A DNA stretch of 63,886 bases, filler included, from Lama guanicoe (Eukaryota), in NCBI GenBank assembly GCA_013239625.1. It is 80 parts of 78 records of this genome, joined end to end, with 100 filler letters (N's around TTAATTAATTAA, not from the genome) between each part and the next. Parts side by side here need not be neighbours in the genome. Positions count along the whole stretch, not along the records: positions 1 to 794 come from MU053236.1; positions 895 to 1,405 come from MU053238.1; positions 1,506 to 2,034 come from PNXV01000824.1; positions 2,135 to 2,930 come from MU053239.1; positions 3,031 to 4,160 come from MU053242.1; positions 4,261 to 5,334 come from MU053243.1; positions 5,435 to 5,834 come from PNXV01000838.1; positions 5,935 to 6,504 come from MU053244.1; 72 more parts are not named here. The stretch is one strand, 5' to 3'. Below the pieces are notes generated by a model, which worked only from the letters and a program-made list of their open reading frames with translations, made no database searches and was not told where the DNA came from. Shown here one piece after another: positions 1-11,730 of the stretch; within the stretch, counting starts at the first letter, position 1; the number at the start of each line of letters is the position of its first letter. The position numbers and the translations under genes are program-made.

Positions 1-590
1 ATGCTAGGAATTCAGAGGTGACTATGCAGTTGTCTCCTCTTTTATGGACTTTACTTTCTCTTTAGGGAAACATAATGACATAGTTGTGTAGCTTGGTGGA
101 GGGAGATGTTCGTCTGTTGCAATTAGCCAGGAGAAGAGATTAAGAAAGCAGTGAAGGGTGGGTGAACTTTTTAGCTGAGGACGGTCTTGTTCTGCTGGCT
201 TTTAATTGCTGGCTCAATGAGCTGTCACTGGANNNNNNNNNNNNNNNNNNNNNNNNNNNNNNNNNNNNNNNNNNNNNNNNNNNNNNNNNNNNNNNNNNNN
301 NNNNNNNNNNNNNNNNNNNNNNNNNNNNNNNNNNNNNNNNNNNNNNNNNNNNNNNNNNNNNNNNNNNNNNNNNNNNNNNNNNNNNNNNNNNNNNNNNNNN
401 NNNNNNNNNNNNNNNNNNNNNNNNNNNNNNNNNNNNNNNNNNNNNNNNNNNNNNNNNNNNNNNNNNNNNNNNNNNNNNNNNNNNNNNNNNNNNNNNNNNN
501 NNNNNNNNNNNNNNNNNNNNNNNNNNNNNNNNNNNNNNNNNNNNNNNNNNNNNNNNNNNNNNNNNNNNNNNNNNNNTTGAGTCGACGTAC

Positions 591-752
591 CTGCCTAGAA
601 GCACGGGCACAGTTGCGGCTGCGTCATACATCTTGCAGCCCATCCCGTTCGCCGGCTCCGTGATCACGGCAGAGTGGTTCCTTGTTGACCTGCCCGTCTC
701 CTCTGTGACATCATAACCCATGAAAAGACCTGAACGTATTAACTGGGCTTTG
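591..752 (-). other. Unidentified exon-like duplicated element, copy 1
   Basis: CpG-rich and ends at a donor-like CAG|GTACGT on the minus strand. Clearly homologous to 50888-51052 (...RNHSAVITEP..GM..KMYDAAATVP.LLGR in one frame). Confidence 0.4.
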
Positions 753-794
753 TTAAAGTTAAAGGAACAGATCAAATATGGAGTCAGATTTGTT

Positions 795-894
795 NNNNNN
801 NNNNNNNNNNNNNNNNNNNNNNNNNNNNNNNNNNNNNNTTAATTAATTAANNNNNNNNNNNNNNNNNNNNNNNNNNNNNNNNNNNNNNNNNNNN
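795..894. other. Artificial scaffold linker N44-TTAATTAATTAA-N44 (first of ~79 copies; last at 63512-63611)
   Basis: Exactly 44 N + self-complementary TTAATTAATTAA + 44 N = 100 nt. TAA occurs in all three frames on both strands, and the flanking sequences are unrelated at every copy. Confidence 0.99.
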
Positions 895-1210
895 ATACTA
901 TATCCTGTTATATGACATGGCACATAATCTTTAGTCAAATAAAATTATGTCACTATATGTAATGGTAATTAATAAAATTAAATAAAAAAGCCCACAGCTT
1001 TTAACGCTGACACCGCTCCAGCTGTCACGGTCTTTTCTCTTCCCTTTCATGGCCGAGGTCCTCACAGTGCTCTCTGTTCCCCCTTTCATCTCCTTATCCT
1101 GAACATTCCTCCTCCTCCCATCCCATGCTGGCTTCTGCCCCGTAGTCCCTCTAGTCACCAGAGGCCTCTGGGGCACTGACTTGCGGGCACGGTCTCAGGC
1201 CCCAGCTCAC

Positions 1211-1276
1211 CTGCCTGTCCGCCGCCTCTGCCACCACTTGTGGGGATGGGGCAGGGGGCAGAGTGCACCTGTTGTC
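1211..1276 (-). other. Candidate internal exon (66 nt), gene unidentified
   Basis: Minus strand has acceptor ctgtgttctcttccAG and donor CAG|GTGAGC. Length is a multiple of 3 and all three frames are open (e.g. DNRCTLPPAPSPQVVAEAADRQ). Confidence 0.4.
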
Positions 1277-1505
1277 CTGGAAGAGAACACAGCACAGACT
1301 CCGTGACCAGCAGCAGGTGNNNNNNNNNNNNNNNNNNNNNNNNNNNNCTATCTGCATCCAGACCTGGGGCACTTGGAGTGTGAAGAAACCCAGTCCTCAC
1401 TGCCCNNNNNNNNNNNNNNNNNNNNNNNNNNNNNNNNNNNNNNNNNNNNTTAATTAATTAANNNNNNNNNNNNNNNNNNNNNNNNNNNNNNNNNNNNNNN
1501 NNNNN

Positions 1506-2034
1506 TCTGGTCATGAATGTATGTTGAATTTTGTCAAATGCTTTTTCTGTGTGTATTGCCATGGTCCTGTGAGATTTGTCCTTCCTTTATTAGATATGTT
1601 TCATGCTGATTGACTTGTGTATGTTGAACCATCCTTGTGACTCTGGAAGGAATCCAACTCATCATCGTGCATAATCCTTTCTATATATTGCTGGATTAAT
1701 TTGTAATTTTTCTTTTGAAGATTTTTGAATGTATATTCATCAAGGATATTGGCTTTACACTTATTTTTTGGTAGTGTCTTTGATTTTGTTATCAAGATAA
1801 TGTTGGCTTCATAGAATAACTTTGGGAATTTTCCTTCCTACTTCATTTTTTGAAATACTGGGGAGGAAAGAGGTTTTAGTGAAGGCATCCAGGCATTTTG
1901 TTCAAGGGGTGTTTTCAAAATTATACATTTCATTTAACTTATACTGATTGCTCTTTTCAAGTTTTCTCTTTATTCAGTGTTTGTTAGCTGTACATATCTA
2001 GAAATATGTCCATTAATCTTAGGGCATCCAATTG
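1506..2034 (-). mobile_element. LINE-1 ORF2 fragment, decayed
   Basis: Antisense L1 RT-region motifs (tgttgaattttgtcaaatgctttttctg, atgttgaaccatccttg). Translation resembles L1 ORF2 (..ITKSKTLPK..LIQQYIERIMHDD..). Confidence 0.9.
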
Positions 2035-2330
2035 NNNNNNNNNNNNNNNNNNNNNNNNNNNNNNNNNNNNNNNNNNNNTTAATTAATTAANNNNNNNNNN
2101 NNNNNNNNNNNNNNNNNNNNNNNNNNNNNNNNNNATTTAATAAATATAATGGTTTGTTGAAAAGACAGTTATAGGCAGAATATTAGTTGTGAACAATATA
2201 AAACTGTTTCAATACTAAAATTTCAGTAGGGAAGATTCAGTTTATCTTATTTACGCCTCTCTTTCAAAGTGAAAAAGGAACAAGACAGAAAAAGCAGAGG
2301 ATGATTTCTGTTCTTTCTCTCGGCTTGCAG

Positions 2331-2451
2331 GTGCCTTCACCTCCAGTGGCATCCATCCAGACACCAGCACTGACACTGGCCGTGCTCAGAACTGCCTGAG
2401 CCCTGAAGACACAACTGACAAATAGAAGGGGGCCGCACCCTGTTACAGCGG
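2331..2451 (+). pseudogene. TRAPPC9: TRAPPC9-like exon with premature stop (unprocessed pseudogene/duplicate fragment)
   Basis: After acceptor ttctttctctcggcttgcAG it reads [39 protein letters not shown], versus recalled TRAPPC9 [41 protein letters not shown]. TAG at 2423-2425 replaces Tyr. Confidence 0.88.
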
Positions 2452-3030
2452 GTGCTTTCACTTTTTGGGTCCTTATGTAACTGCGTGGTGTTATTCAGGA
2501 TCACCCATTCTGAACTGTGTGATGGTGCTGCGGTGTCTCCTAGTTATTTGTTTCTGTAAGTACTCATGTATTTTTTCCAATGTGTGGTACTAGACATCTA
2601 AAAATGCATTTTTCAGATGAAAAATAATGTGTATTNNNNNNNNNNNNNNNNNNNNNNNNNNNNNNNNNNNNNNNNNNNNNNNNNNNNNNNNNNNNNNNNN
2701 NNNNNNNNNNNNNNNNNNNNNNNNNNNNNNNNNNNNNNNNNNNNNNNNNNNNNNNNNNNNNNNNNNNNNNNNNNNNNNNNNNNNNNNNNNNNNNNNNNNN
2801 NNNNNNNNNNNNNNNNNNNNNNNNNNNNNNNNNNNNNNNNNNNNNNNNNNNNNNNNNNNNNNNNNNNNNNNNNAGCTTATTACAATTTTTTTTACAGTAT
2901 TCTATCTCCGCTGGCATGATTTTTAATGACNNNNNNNNNNNNNNNNNNNNNNNNNNNNNNNNNNNNNNNNNNNNTTAATTAATTAANNNNNNNNNNNNNN
3001 NNNNNNNNNNNNNNNNNNNNNNNNNNNNNN

Positions 3031-3290
3031 CCACCAGTTCGCCAGGGGCAGCCCCGCTCCGCCCCTCTGCCGCTGCCGCTGCCGCCGCCCCCTGACATAA
3101 CCGCCCCACCTCCCAGGAGCAAGCTTACCTGGAGTCCAACATCTGGCGAATCTCTGGCGGCCAAGCCCCACCCCAGGCCAGGCTGCAGGGAAGAGAAGAA
3201 ATCGACCGGCTTGCCCGGGCAGCCTCCCAACCGCCACCGCCGCCGCCTCCGCCCCAAAGCATTGTACTAGCCTCCCGGGGTCAGGCTGCA
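3031..3290 (-). promoter_or_regulatory. CpG island with probable first exon / 5' end of an unidentified gene
   Basis: GC/CpG-rich with (GCC)n runs and GC boxes. Minus-strand donor CAG|GTAAGC at 3128-3123. Confidence 0.5.
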
Positions 3291-4260
3291 AGGATGTGCA
3301 CTTGCCTTCTAATCCTGGCCACGTTCCTGAGCACCTCCCTGCATCCCTACACTCCCTGCACATTTGCACCCCTGCTACTCTCTGCAATTCTGCATCCCAC
3401 CACTCCCACATCCCCTGAACTGCCTGCACCCTCCACAGCCCCTGCACGCCTGTCATCAGTTACTTTTGCACTGCCTACACTCCTGCACCCCTGCATGTCC
3501 CACACACCACCTCTTGGGCCTTTGGCAGCTGTTAGACCAATGCACAGGGACTNNNNNNNNNNNNNNNNNNNNNNNNNNNNNNNNNNNNNNNNNNNNNNNN
3601 NNNNNNNNNNNNNNNNNNNNNNNNNNNNNNNNNNNNNNNNNNNNNNNNNNNNNNNNNNNNNNNNNNNNNNNNNNNNNNNNNNNNNNNNNNNNNNNNNNNN
3701 NNNNNNNNNNNNNNNNNNNNNNNNNNNNNNNNNNNNNNNNNNNNNNNNNNNNNNNNNNNNNNNNNNNNNNNNNNNNNNNNNNNNNNNNNNNNNNNNNNNN
3801 NNNNNNNNNNNNNNNNNNNNNNNNNNNNNNNNNNNNNNNNNNNNNNNNNNNNNNNNNNNNNNNNNNNNNNNNNNNNNNNNNNNNNNNNNNNNNNNNNNNN
3901 NNNNNNNNNNNNNNNNNNNNNNNNNNNNNNNNNNNNNNNNNNNNNNNNNNNNNNNNNNNNNNNNNNNNNNNNNNNNNNNNNNNNNNNNNNNNNNNNNNNN
4001 NNNNNNNNNNNNNNNNNNNNNNNNNNNNNNNNNNNNNNNNNNNNCCAGGCTGGTCTCTGCCCATCAGAGTCTGGGAAGCCATCCCTCTTCAGTTACGTCC
4101 CTTCTGAGATTGACTTGCTTCCACTCAATTCTAGGCGAGAATGCACCATGGAATGCACTGNNNNNNNNNNNNNNNNNNNNNNNNNNNNNNNNNNNNNNNN
4201 NNNNTTAATTAATTAANNNNNNNNNNNNNNNNNNNNNNNNNNNNNNNNNNNNNNNNNNNN

Positions 4261-5334
4261 TTAGTGTGTGTGAAATCCGAATTTCGCCTAGCTTGAAGGG
4301 AACACAAAGATTTCTTTCACTTCCAAACAACACTACATACATATATATGTGGAGGTACAAGCTCCAACTCGGTTTTACAATGAAAATTGAAGGAACTTCA
4401 AAGGGGAATTTGGAAACACACGCAGAAACCAGAATAAGTGTTTCCCCTGCAAACCGTTCCATTTGTGCTGGATGAACGAACGTCTCTCCACCAGCTCAGG
4501 TCTGAGAGATAAGTGTGTGTGAAAGCCGTCCTTCACCTAGCTTGAAGGGAACACAAAGTTTCATTTCAGTTGCACACTCCACTTCACACATATATATGAG
4601 TGGTACAAGCTCCAACTCGGTTTTACAGTGATAAATGCAGGAAATTCATAACAGAAATAGGAAACAGACTAAGAAACCAGAGTAAGGGTTTCCCTGCAAC
4701 ACGTTACTTTTGTGATGGCTGAACGAACGTCTCTACACATACTCAGTTCNNNNNNNNNNNNNNNNNNNNNNNNNNNNNNNNNNNNNNNNNNNNNNNNNNN
4801 NNNNNNNNNNNNNNNNNNNNNNNNNNNNNNNNNNNNNNNNNNNTACATATATATGGGGAGGTACAATATCCAACTCTGTTTTACAGTGAAAACTGCAAGA
4901 ACATCAAACCGGCACTAGGAAACCGACTGAGAAACCAGTGAAAGTGTTTCTCCTGCAACACGTTCCCTTTGTGCTGGATGAACGAACGTCTCTCCACATG
5001 CTCAGTTCTGAGAAATAACTGTGTGTGATAACCGTCCTTCAACTCTCTTAAAGGGAACACAAAGTTTCTTTCCAGTTTCAAACTACTCTACATACATATA
5101 CATGGGGATGTACAAGCTTCATCACAGTTTTACAGTGAAAAGTGCAGAAATTCCAACCGACACTTGGAAACACACTGAGAAACCAGTGTAAGTGTTTCTT
5201 CTACATATGGTTCCCTTTGTGCTGCGTGAAAGAACGTCTCTCCACATGCTCAGATCTGAAAATTAATTGTGTGTAAAAGCTTTCTTTCACATAGCTTGAA
5301 GGGAACACAAAGTATAATTTTAGTAGCAAACCCC
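4261..5334 (+). repeat. Satellite family A (~250-bp monomer)
   Basis: Tandem units tgtgtgaaagccgtccttcacctagcttg...gaacgaacgtctctccacatgctcag; period 249 (4271 to 4520). Confidence 0.95.
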
Positions 5335-5434
5335 NNNNNNNNNNNNNNNNNNNNNNNNNNNNNNNNNNNNNNNNNNNNTTAATTAATTAANNNNNNNNNN
5401 NNNNNNNNNNNNNNNNNNNNNNNNNNNNNNNNNN

Positions 5435-5834
5435 CCCCAATAGGCCATGAGGCTCAGGATGAAGAGATTTAACTTCTAGCAGAGCTTGACCTTCATTAAA
5501 CACCCATTGTAATAGTAACATTGTGAATAACCCGGCCCCAGGCACCAAGGCAATTCCAAGGCTGGCCACAAAAGGTCACAGGGTGGGAAATGGGTAACTC
5601 GCTGGGAATCCCGGCCCCTTGCCCTAAGGCTGGTCCTTCTACTTATTAGCATATGGAACCACCAAGCCCAAGAAAGCCAGCAACACAGCTTAACCTCGCG
5701 GGCATCCCTCTCGCTCCCTCTTCGGGGAAGGCCCACACTCAAGTCTGTGGAGTACAGTTTTAATCTGAGCATCAAACCCCCACATGTCGTGATGTTTCTC
5801 TTGCCTTTCAATGTATCTCTCTGAATAAATCTAT
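5435..5834 (+). mobile_element. ERV LTR-like fragment
   Basis: LTR-type composition with an R-like GC segment (cctctcgctccctc...ggagtacagttt) followed by AATAAA at 5824-5829; no coding frame. Confidence 0.5.
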
Positions 5835-5934
5835 NNNNNNNNNNNNNNNNNNNNNNNNNNNNNNNNNNNNNNNNNNNNTTAATTAATTAANNNNNNNNNN
5901 NNNNNNNNNNNNNNNNNNNNNNNNNNNNNNNNNN

Positions 5935-6504
5935 AATACTCAGCATTTTTTAAAAAGCACAAACAACCCAATTAAAAACAGGAAGAGACCAGAATAGACA
6001 TTTTTCCTAAGGAGATATTCAGATGGCCAACAGGCACATGAACAGATGCTCAGCACTGTTAATCATCAGACAAATGCAAATCAAAACCACCATGAGATAT
6101 CACCTCGCACCTATCAGAATGGCCTTTATCAAAAAGTCTACAAATAACAAATGTTGGACAGGATGTGGAGAAACGGGAACCTTCATAAATGTTTATAGGA
6201 ATGTAAACTGGTGCAGCCCCTATGGGAAACAGTATGGAGGTTCCTCAAAAAGCTAAAAATAGATCTACCATATGATACAACAGTTCCATTCTTGGGTATG
6301 TATCCAGAAAAAAAAATTGAAAAGATACATGCATCCCAATGTTGAAAGGAACACTATTGACAATAGCCAAGCAATCCATCAACAGATGAATGGATAAAGA
6401 AGATATGGGGGGTGTGTGTGTGGGGGGTATGTGTGTGCACATATATGAATATTAATCAGCCATAAAAAAGAATGGAATTCTGCCACTTGCAGTAACATGC
6501 ATGG
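5935..6504 (+). mobile_element. LINE-1 ORF2 C-terminus fragment
   Basis: Translation [45 protein letters not shown] is the conserved L1 ORF2 C-terminal (Cys-rich) region; frame disrupted downstream. Confidence 0.95.
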
Positions 6505-6604
6505 NNNNNNNNNNNNNNNNNNNNNNNNNNNNNNNNNNNNNNNNNNNNTTAATTAATTAANNNNNNNNNNNNNNNNNNNNNNNNNNNNNNNNNNNNNNNN
6601 NNNN

Positions 6605-7214
6605 TTCATTTCTTTTAAATTCCAAATATGAGTAAAATCATGCAGCATTTGTCGTTATCTTTCTGACTCTTTTCACTTAGCATATTACCCTCTTGATCTA
6701 CACTTTTGTTGCAAATGGAGAACTTATTCTTCTTATAGCTGAGTAATAACCCATTGTATTTTTATCTGTGTGTGTGCATATATGTAAATACATAAATTCA
6801 GATAAATCAATGAAATATAAAAATAGAAAATATAGATTTGTAGATATATATACTATAAACAATTGATGAACAATTAATTTGCTTCTATATCCTCTCTATT
6901 GTAAACAATGCTGCAGTGAATATAGGTTTGAATTTATCTTTTCCAGTTTGTCTTTTTATTTTCTTGGAATAAGTATACTGATATGGAAATGCTGGATTAT
7001 ATTTCATTTTTAATTTTTAGATAAAACTGCATACTTATTTCCACAGTGGCAGCACAAATTTATATTCACTCCAGCAGTGCATCAGGGTTGTTTTTCTTAC
7101 ATCCTCACCAACACTTTTATTTGTTATGTTTTTGATAATATTAATTCTGACAGTACTGACATAAAATCTTATTGTGTTTTGGACTTGCTTTTTTCTGATG
7201 GTTAGTGATGTTGA
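6605..7214 (-). mobile_element. LINE-1 3' region fragment
   Basis: Antisense L1 3' motifs (ttcacttagcat, gctgagtaataacccattgtat, ttccacagtggc..ttatattcactccagcagtg, catcctcaccaacact). Confidence 0.9.
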
Positions 7215-8227
7215 NNNNNNNNNNNNNNNNNNNNNNNNNNNNNNNNNNNNNNNNNNNNTTAATTAATTAANNNNNNNNNNNNNNNNNNNNNNNNNNNNNN
7301 NNNNNNNNNNNNNNTAATCTACAAAAAGTTACCTTGCTTATCATAAGGGTTAAACAGAGGGAACTGACACACACTGTTGGGGGTTGAAGCTGATCTTCTC
7401 GGGCAAATTATGTAGCCTCTCTGTGCCTTAGTTGCATCTTCTGTGACTGCCCCCGGGCCCCTCATCACAGCTGATTTCCTAGACTAGATGTTGGGAGGGA
7501 GGCTGCTGAAGGGAGTAAGAATAGGTAACTGCTAGGGATACTGAAGAGAGAGACAAAAACAGATTATAGCCGATAAACTGAGTACAAATACCCTCAAAAA
7601 AGAAAAATCCTGCAGTGCTTTGAGCCACTTACAGTTAGGGAAACAAAATCACTTGGGCGCAAATCTCTTGAGCATGTGAATATTGTGGGTGGGAGGATGT
7701 CATTAGAAAAGTGTTGAGAAAAGGACTTTTGGTTTCCCTCGATGTTTCCAGTAAGGATGGGGAGCAGAAGCGAAAACCCCCGGTTCACAGTAGAAGGTGC
7801 TGTTTTTTGCAAAACTGACCAAAGTTTGGAGACCAGTCATCAGCGGTGCTGGCAAATGAAGAGGCTTCTGNNNNNNNNNNNNNNNNNNNNNNNNNNNNNN
7901 NNNNNNNNNNNNNNNNNNNNNNNNNNNNNNGGGCAGTAGGTTTGCAGGGTGGCCCGGGCATAATCCCTGGGTCTGAGGCTGCTGGTCTGACTAGCAGACC
8001 TGGGCACCCGCAGTCCTAATGGGGCAGCTCGGGATGTGGCCTGGGACACCTGCCCTGCTGAGGGCGAGAAGAGAGCTTCCCTGAGGCGGTGTCCCTGCGG
8101 AGAGTGGAAACGTCCTCCTGCAGGGGANNNNNNNNNNNNNNNNNNNNNNNNNNNNNNNNNNNNNNNNNNNNTTAATTAATTAANNNNNNNNNNNNNNNNN
8201 NNNNNNNNNNNNNNNNNNNNNNNNNNN

Positions 8228-9020
8228 CGCGCTGCCGACGGTTGGTGGAACCTCCCCACGCTCAGGATTCTGGAACGATTGTCAGTTTGTGGGGGAGCTC
8301 GACAGACAACTCCACGCAGCTCTCTTCAGTCACAGGTGTTCCCTGTTCGGGGAAGTCCGAGAAATACCTTCCCTGACCTTGGGGAGGCAGCCTCTGTCCC
8401 TGGGATTTCCTGCAAACCNNNNNNNNNNNNNNNNNNNNNNNNNNNNNNNNNNNNNNNNNNNNNNNNNNNNNNNNNNNNNNNNNNNNNNNNNNNNNNNNNN
8501 NNNNNNNNNNNNNNNNNNNNNNNNNNNNNNNNNNNNNNNNNNNNNNNNNNNNNNNNNNNNNNNNNNNNNNNNNNNNNNNNNNNNNNNNNNNNNNNNNNNN
8601 NNNNNNNNNNNNNNNNNNNNNNNTTTCTCTGACGTGGGGGATGCAGCCTCTGTCACTGGGATTTCCTGCAACCCCCCCTAGCATTCCCTCGCACAGAGAC
8701 ATTAGGAAAACCCTCAGGGGAGACTACCTTAGGCATTCCGTTCGAACCCAAGCACTGCGAACTTTGGTGGAACCTCCCCACGCTCAGGATTCCGGAACAT
8801 TCTCAGTGCGTGGGGGAGCTTGAGAGACAACTCCACGATGCTCTCTTCAGTCACAGGTGTTCCCTTTTTGGGGAAGTCCGAGAAATACATTCCCTGACCT
8901 TGGGGAGGCAGCGTCTGTCACTGGGATTTCCTGTAACAACCCCTAGTATTCCCTAGAACAGAGACATTAGTAAAACCCTCAGGGAGGCGAGCTTAGGAAT
9001 TCCGTTAGAACCGAAGCGCT
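8228..9020 (+). repeat. Satellite family B (~267-bp monomer, CpG-rich)
   Basis: Tandem units ggtggaacctccccacgctcaggattccggaac...ctcttcagtcacaggtgttcc...cattaggaaaaccctcaggg. Confidence 0.96.
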
Positions 9021-9120
9021 NNNNNNNNNNNNNNNNNNNNNNNNNNNNNNNNNNNNNNNNNNNNTTAATTAATTAANNNNNNNNNNNNNNNNNNNNNNNN
9101 NNNNNNNNNNNNNNNNNNNN

Positions 9121-9951
9121 TAGAATCCCTTCGCTTGACTTCCCTAAGTGTTTTCGTAGGCCTAGCAGTGAGCGATTGTGGGGGATGGGCTCTAAAGCCA
9201 AGCATTAGCGAGTGCATCTCTGTGGGTAGTGGAGGGTTTTAAACTACTTCCCCAACCTTGGAACACCTGTGCCCCATAAAGATGCGTGGAATCTGTTTCC
9301 CCACCTCCAGCACACACACGGAGACGTGCTCAGGTATCCTGATTGTGGGGAGGCTCCTCCAAATGACAGCAGCGACTGGGTTCTAAAATGGTCCATTAAT
9401 TTGTATCCGCTGAGCGTATCCCTTGGCTGGGATGCGAGGGATGCTGTGTATTACACTTGTAGTTCTATTATCAGCGAGTGCTCATAAATGGAGTGAGGAA
9501 GTGCTTAAAAAGCTTCTACCTAGTGGGGAAGAGCTGTGCCCCCATTCATCTGCGTGGTGTGGGGACCCACATCTCCCACACACAAAGTTGGGTTCTGGAA
9601 TCCTGATTGGGGGAATTCCTCCTAATGAGAGCATTCCGTGAGTTGTAAAATAATCCTTTAGCTTGACTTCTCTGATGGTGTGCCTAGGCCTGAGTGTGGA
9701 GGAAAGTGATGTTTGGGCCTTAAAATCAAGTATTAGCGAGTTCCTCTCCATGTGCTATGCAGGTGTTTTACCTACAACCCCCAATCTGTGAGTTCCTGTG
9801 CCCAATTATTTATGCGTGGACTATGTTTTCCCACCTCCAGCACACTGATGAAGAAGTGTTCTCGGGTCTTGAGTGTGAGTTGAGTGTGGGGAGTATCCTC
9901 CTACTTACAGCAGCACCTGGGATATTAAAGTATCCCTCAGCTTGACTTCCC
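9121..9951 (-). repeat. Satellite family C (diverged ~266-bp monomers, relative of B; strand given relative to B)
   Basis: Recurring acagcagc..ctgggttcta..atccctt.gcttgacttcc motif roughly every 262-279 bp; reverse complement aligns with family B. Confidence 0.9.
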
Positions 9952-10369
9952 NNNNNNNNNNNNNNNNNNNNNNNNNNNNNNNNNNNNNNNNNNNNTTAAT
10001 TAATTAANNNNNNNNNNNNNNNNNNNNNNNNNNNNNNNNNNNNNNNNNNNNCCCAGCTGCAATGAGCTGACTCCACGTGGACTTTCTGTGAGTGCACGGA
10101 ACCCTCCCGCACATCTTTTCCACGACAGGAAATACATCTTATACCATAACGCAGCAGACCTGGGAGCGCGCGGTTAGCTAGCAGGCGCTTCTGGGAGCAC
10201 ATGCACGTATTTCACTTGCTGCCCTGTACTCGCATATTTTCCGTTCTATCCCAACACACGTCTTCCTCTTTATTCTGTANNNNNNNNNNNNNNNNNNNNN
10301 NNNNNNNNNNNNNNNNNNNNNNNNNNNNNNNNNNNNNNNNNNNNNNNNNNNNNNNNNNNNNNAGCGCGC

Positions 10370-10534
10370 CTCCGCCTGGCCGATGCCCAGCTCGGCCCAC
10401 GCCGCCCACTGCAGACACCTGCCCCTCTCCTTGAATGCCGTCTCGTTGGACCCCCAGCAGCACTGCTTGTGGCTGTACCACGGCACGCTGAGGCACACGC
10501 TCTCCTTGAGGTGGGTCATCCAGTCAGCAGCGAT
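10370..10534 (-). pseudogene. CLCN3: CLCN3-like exon, strongly diverged and GC-rich (probable duplicated pseudogene)
   Basis: Reads [55 protein letters not shown], versus recalled CLC-3 [55 protein letters not shown]. Similarity ends at the CLC-3/4/5 exon boundary, followed by GCGCGC instead of a GT donor. Confidence 0.85.
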
Positions 10535-10699
10535 NNNNNNNNNNNNNNNNNNNNNNNNNNNNNNNNNNNNNNNNNNNNTTAATTAATTAANNNNNNNNNN
10601 NNNNNNNNNNNNNNNNNNNNNNNNNNNNNNNNNNGCTGTTTGATCATCTTTTTCATACGTTTCATAAATATTCATTCACATTTTCTCTCCCAAATGTCA

Positions 10700-11070
10700 A
10701 CTACCCAGGTTTTGTTGAAGATTTATCTTGGATTTATATAGGACTACATTGAATCTGTAGATCAATTTGAGAATTGATATCTTTACAACATTCTGGGAAG
10801 ATGGTATCTCATGCCATGTGTACATTTTTCACTTTAATGTCCTTCAGAAGAGTTTTAATGTTCATCACATAGGTCTTATACATTCTCAGTTAAGTTTATC
10901 CCTAGGTACTTTATGCGGTTTTTTTGATATTGTAGATATTGTAAATGGGATATTTCTTCTATTTCTTAGTCTTCTGTGTTATGTAGGAAAGTTTCTGAAG
11001 TTTATATGTTGATCTCTTGATTCTGTATGTAGCCATCTTCCTGAATTCTCATATTGCTTCCAACCTAAAG
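10700..11070 (-). mobile_element. Old LINE-1 (L1M-type) ORF2 remnant
   Basis: Antisense L1 motifs cattgaatctgtagatcaattt, ttaagtttatccctaggtacttt, ttgtaaatgggatattt; boundaries approximate. Confidence 0.7.
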
Positions 11071-11501
11071 CTTGTCTATCATTTCATGTGCAAATGTGCT
11101 TGTCTTTTCCTTTCCAGTGTTTTTCTTCCTGCAGTGATGAGGACCTCCTCAACAGTGACCAGTAGTGGCCATATGATAGGCATCTGACTCTTGTTCTTGG
11201 CTTTAAAATGATGCTGAGGTTCCTGGTAGATACTTTTGTCTTCCTACTTCTAAGAATTTGTATTGGGCATTATCTGTTGAATGTTACCTAAAACCATCAG
11301 TAAAACGTATTGCCAGCTGTGTGCATGATCCTACGTTAGGTACTGTGAAAGAAGCAAAGGATTATTAAGCAAGAGAGCATTCCTTCCACAAAAAAGGCTT
11401 CGTCTCACTGGGTAGATAAGACTTAAAATGAAAAGGAATGAATAAATATTTGGAGCTAGTCATTGTGATGAATAATTCTGATCATGTTTCTTCCAAAACA
11501 G

Positions 11502-11548
11502 ATTTATTCGCACAGAAGAGCAGCAAAAGGTCAGAAAAAAAGCATAAG
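11502..11548 (+). other. Candidate 47-nt exon, gene unidentified
   Basis: Acceptor tgtttcttccaaaacAG and donor AAG|GTAAAT; purine-rich open frame (D)LFAQKSSKRSEKKHK. Confidence 0.3.
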
Positions 11549-11730
11549 GTAAATATTACTCTGGTAACTTTTGTAAAAGCTTTTATGTTTTGTTTGTTTT
11601 ACTTTTGTGGGGGAGGTAATTAGGTTTCTTNNNNNNNNNNNNNNNNNNNNNNNNNNNNNNNNNNNNNNNNNNNNTTAATTAATTAANNNNNNNNNNNNNN
11701 NNNNNNNNNNNNNNNNNNNNNNNNNNNNNN

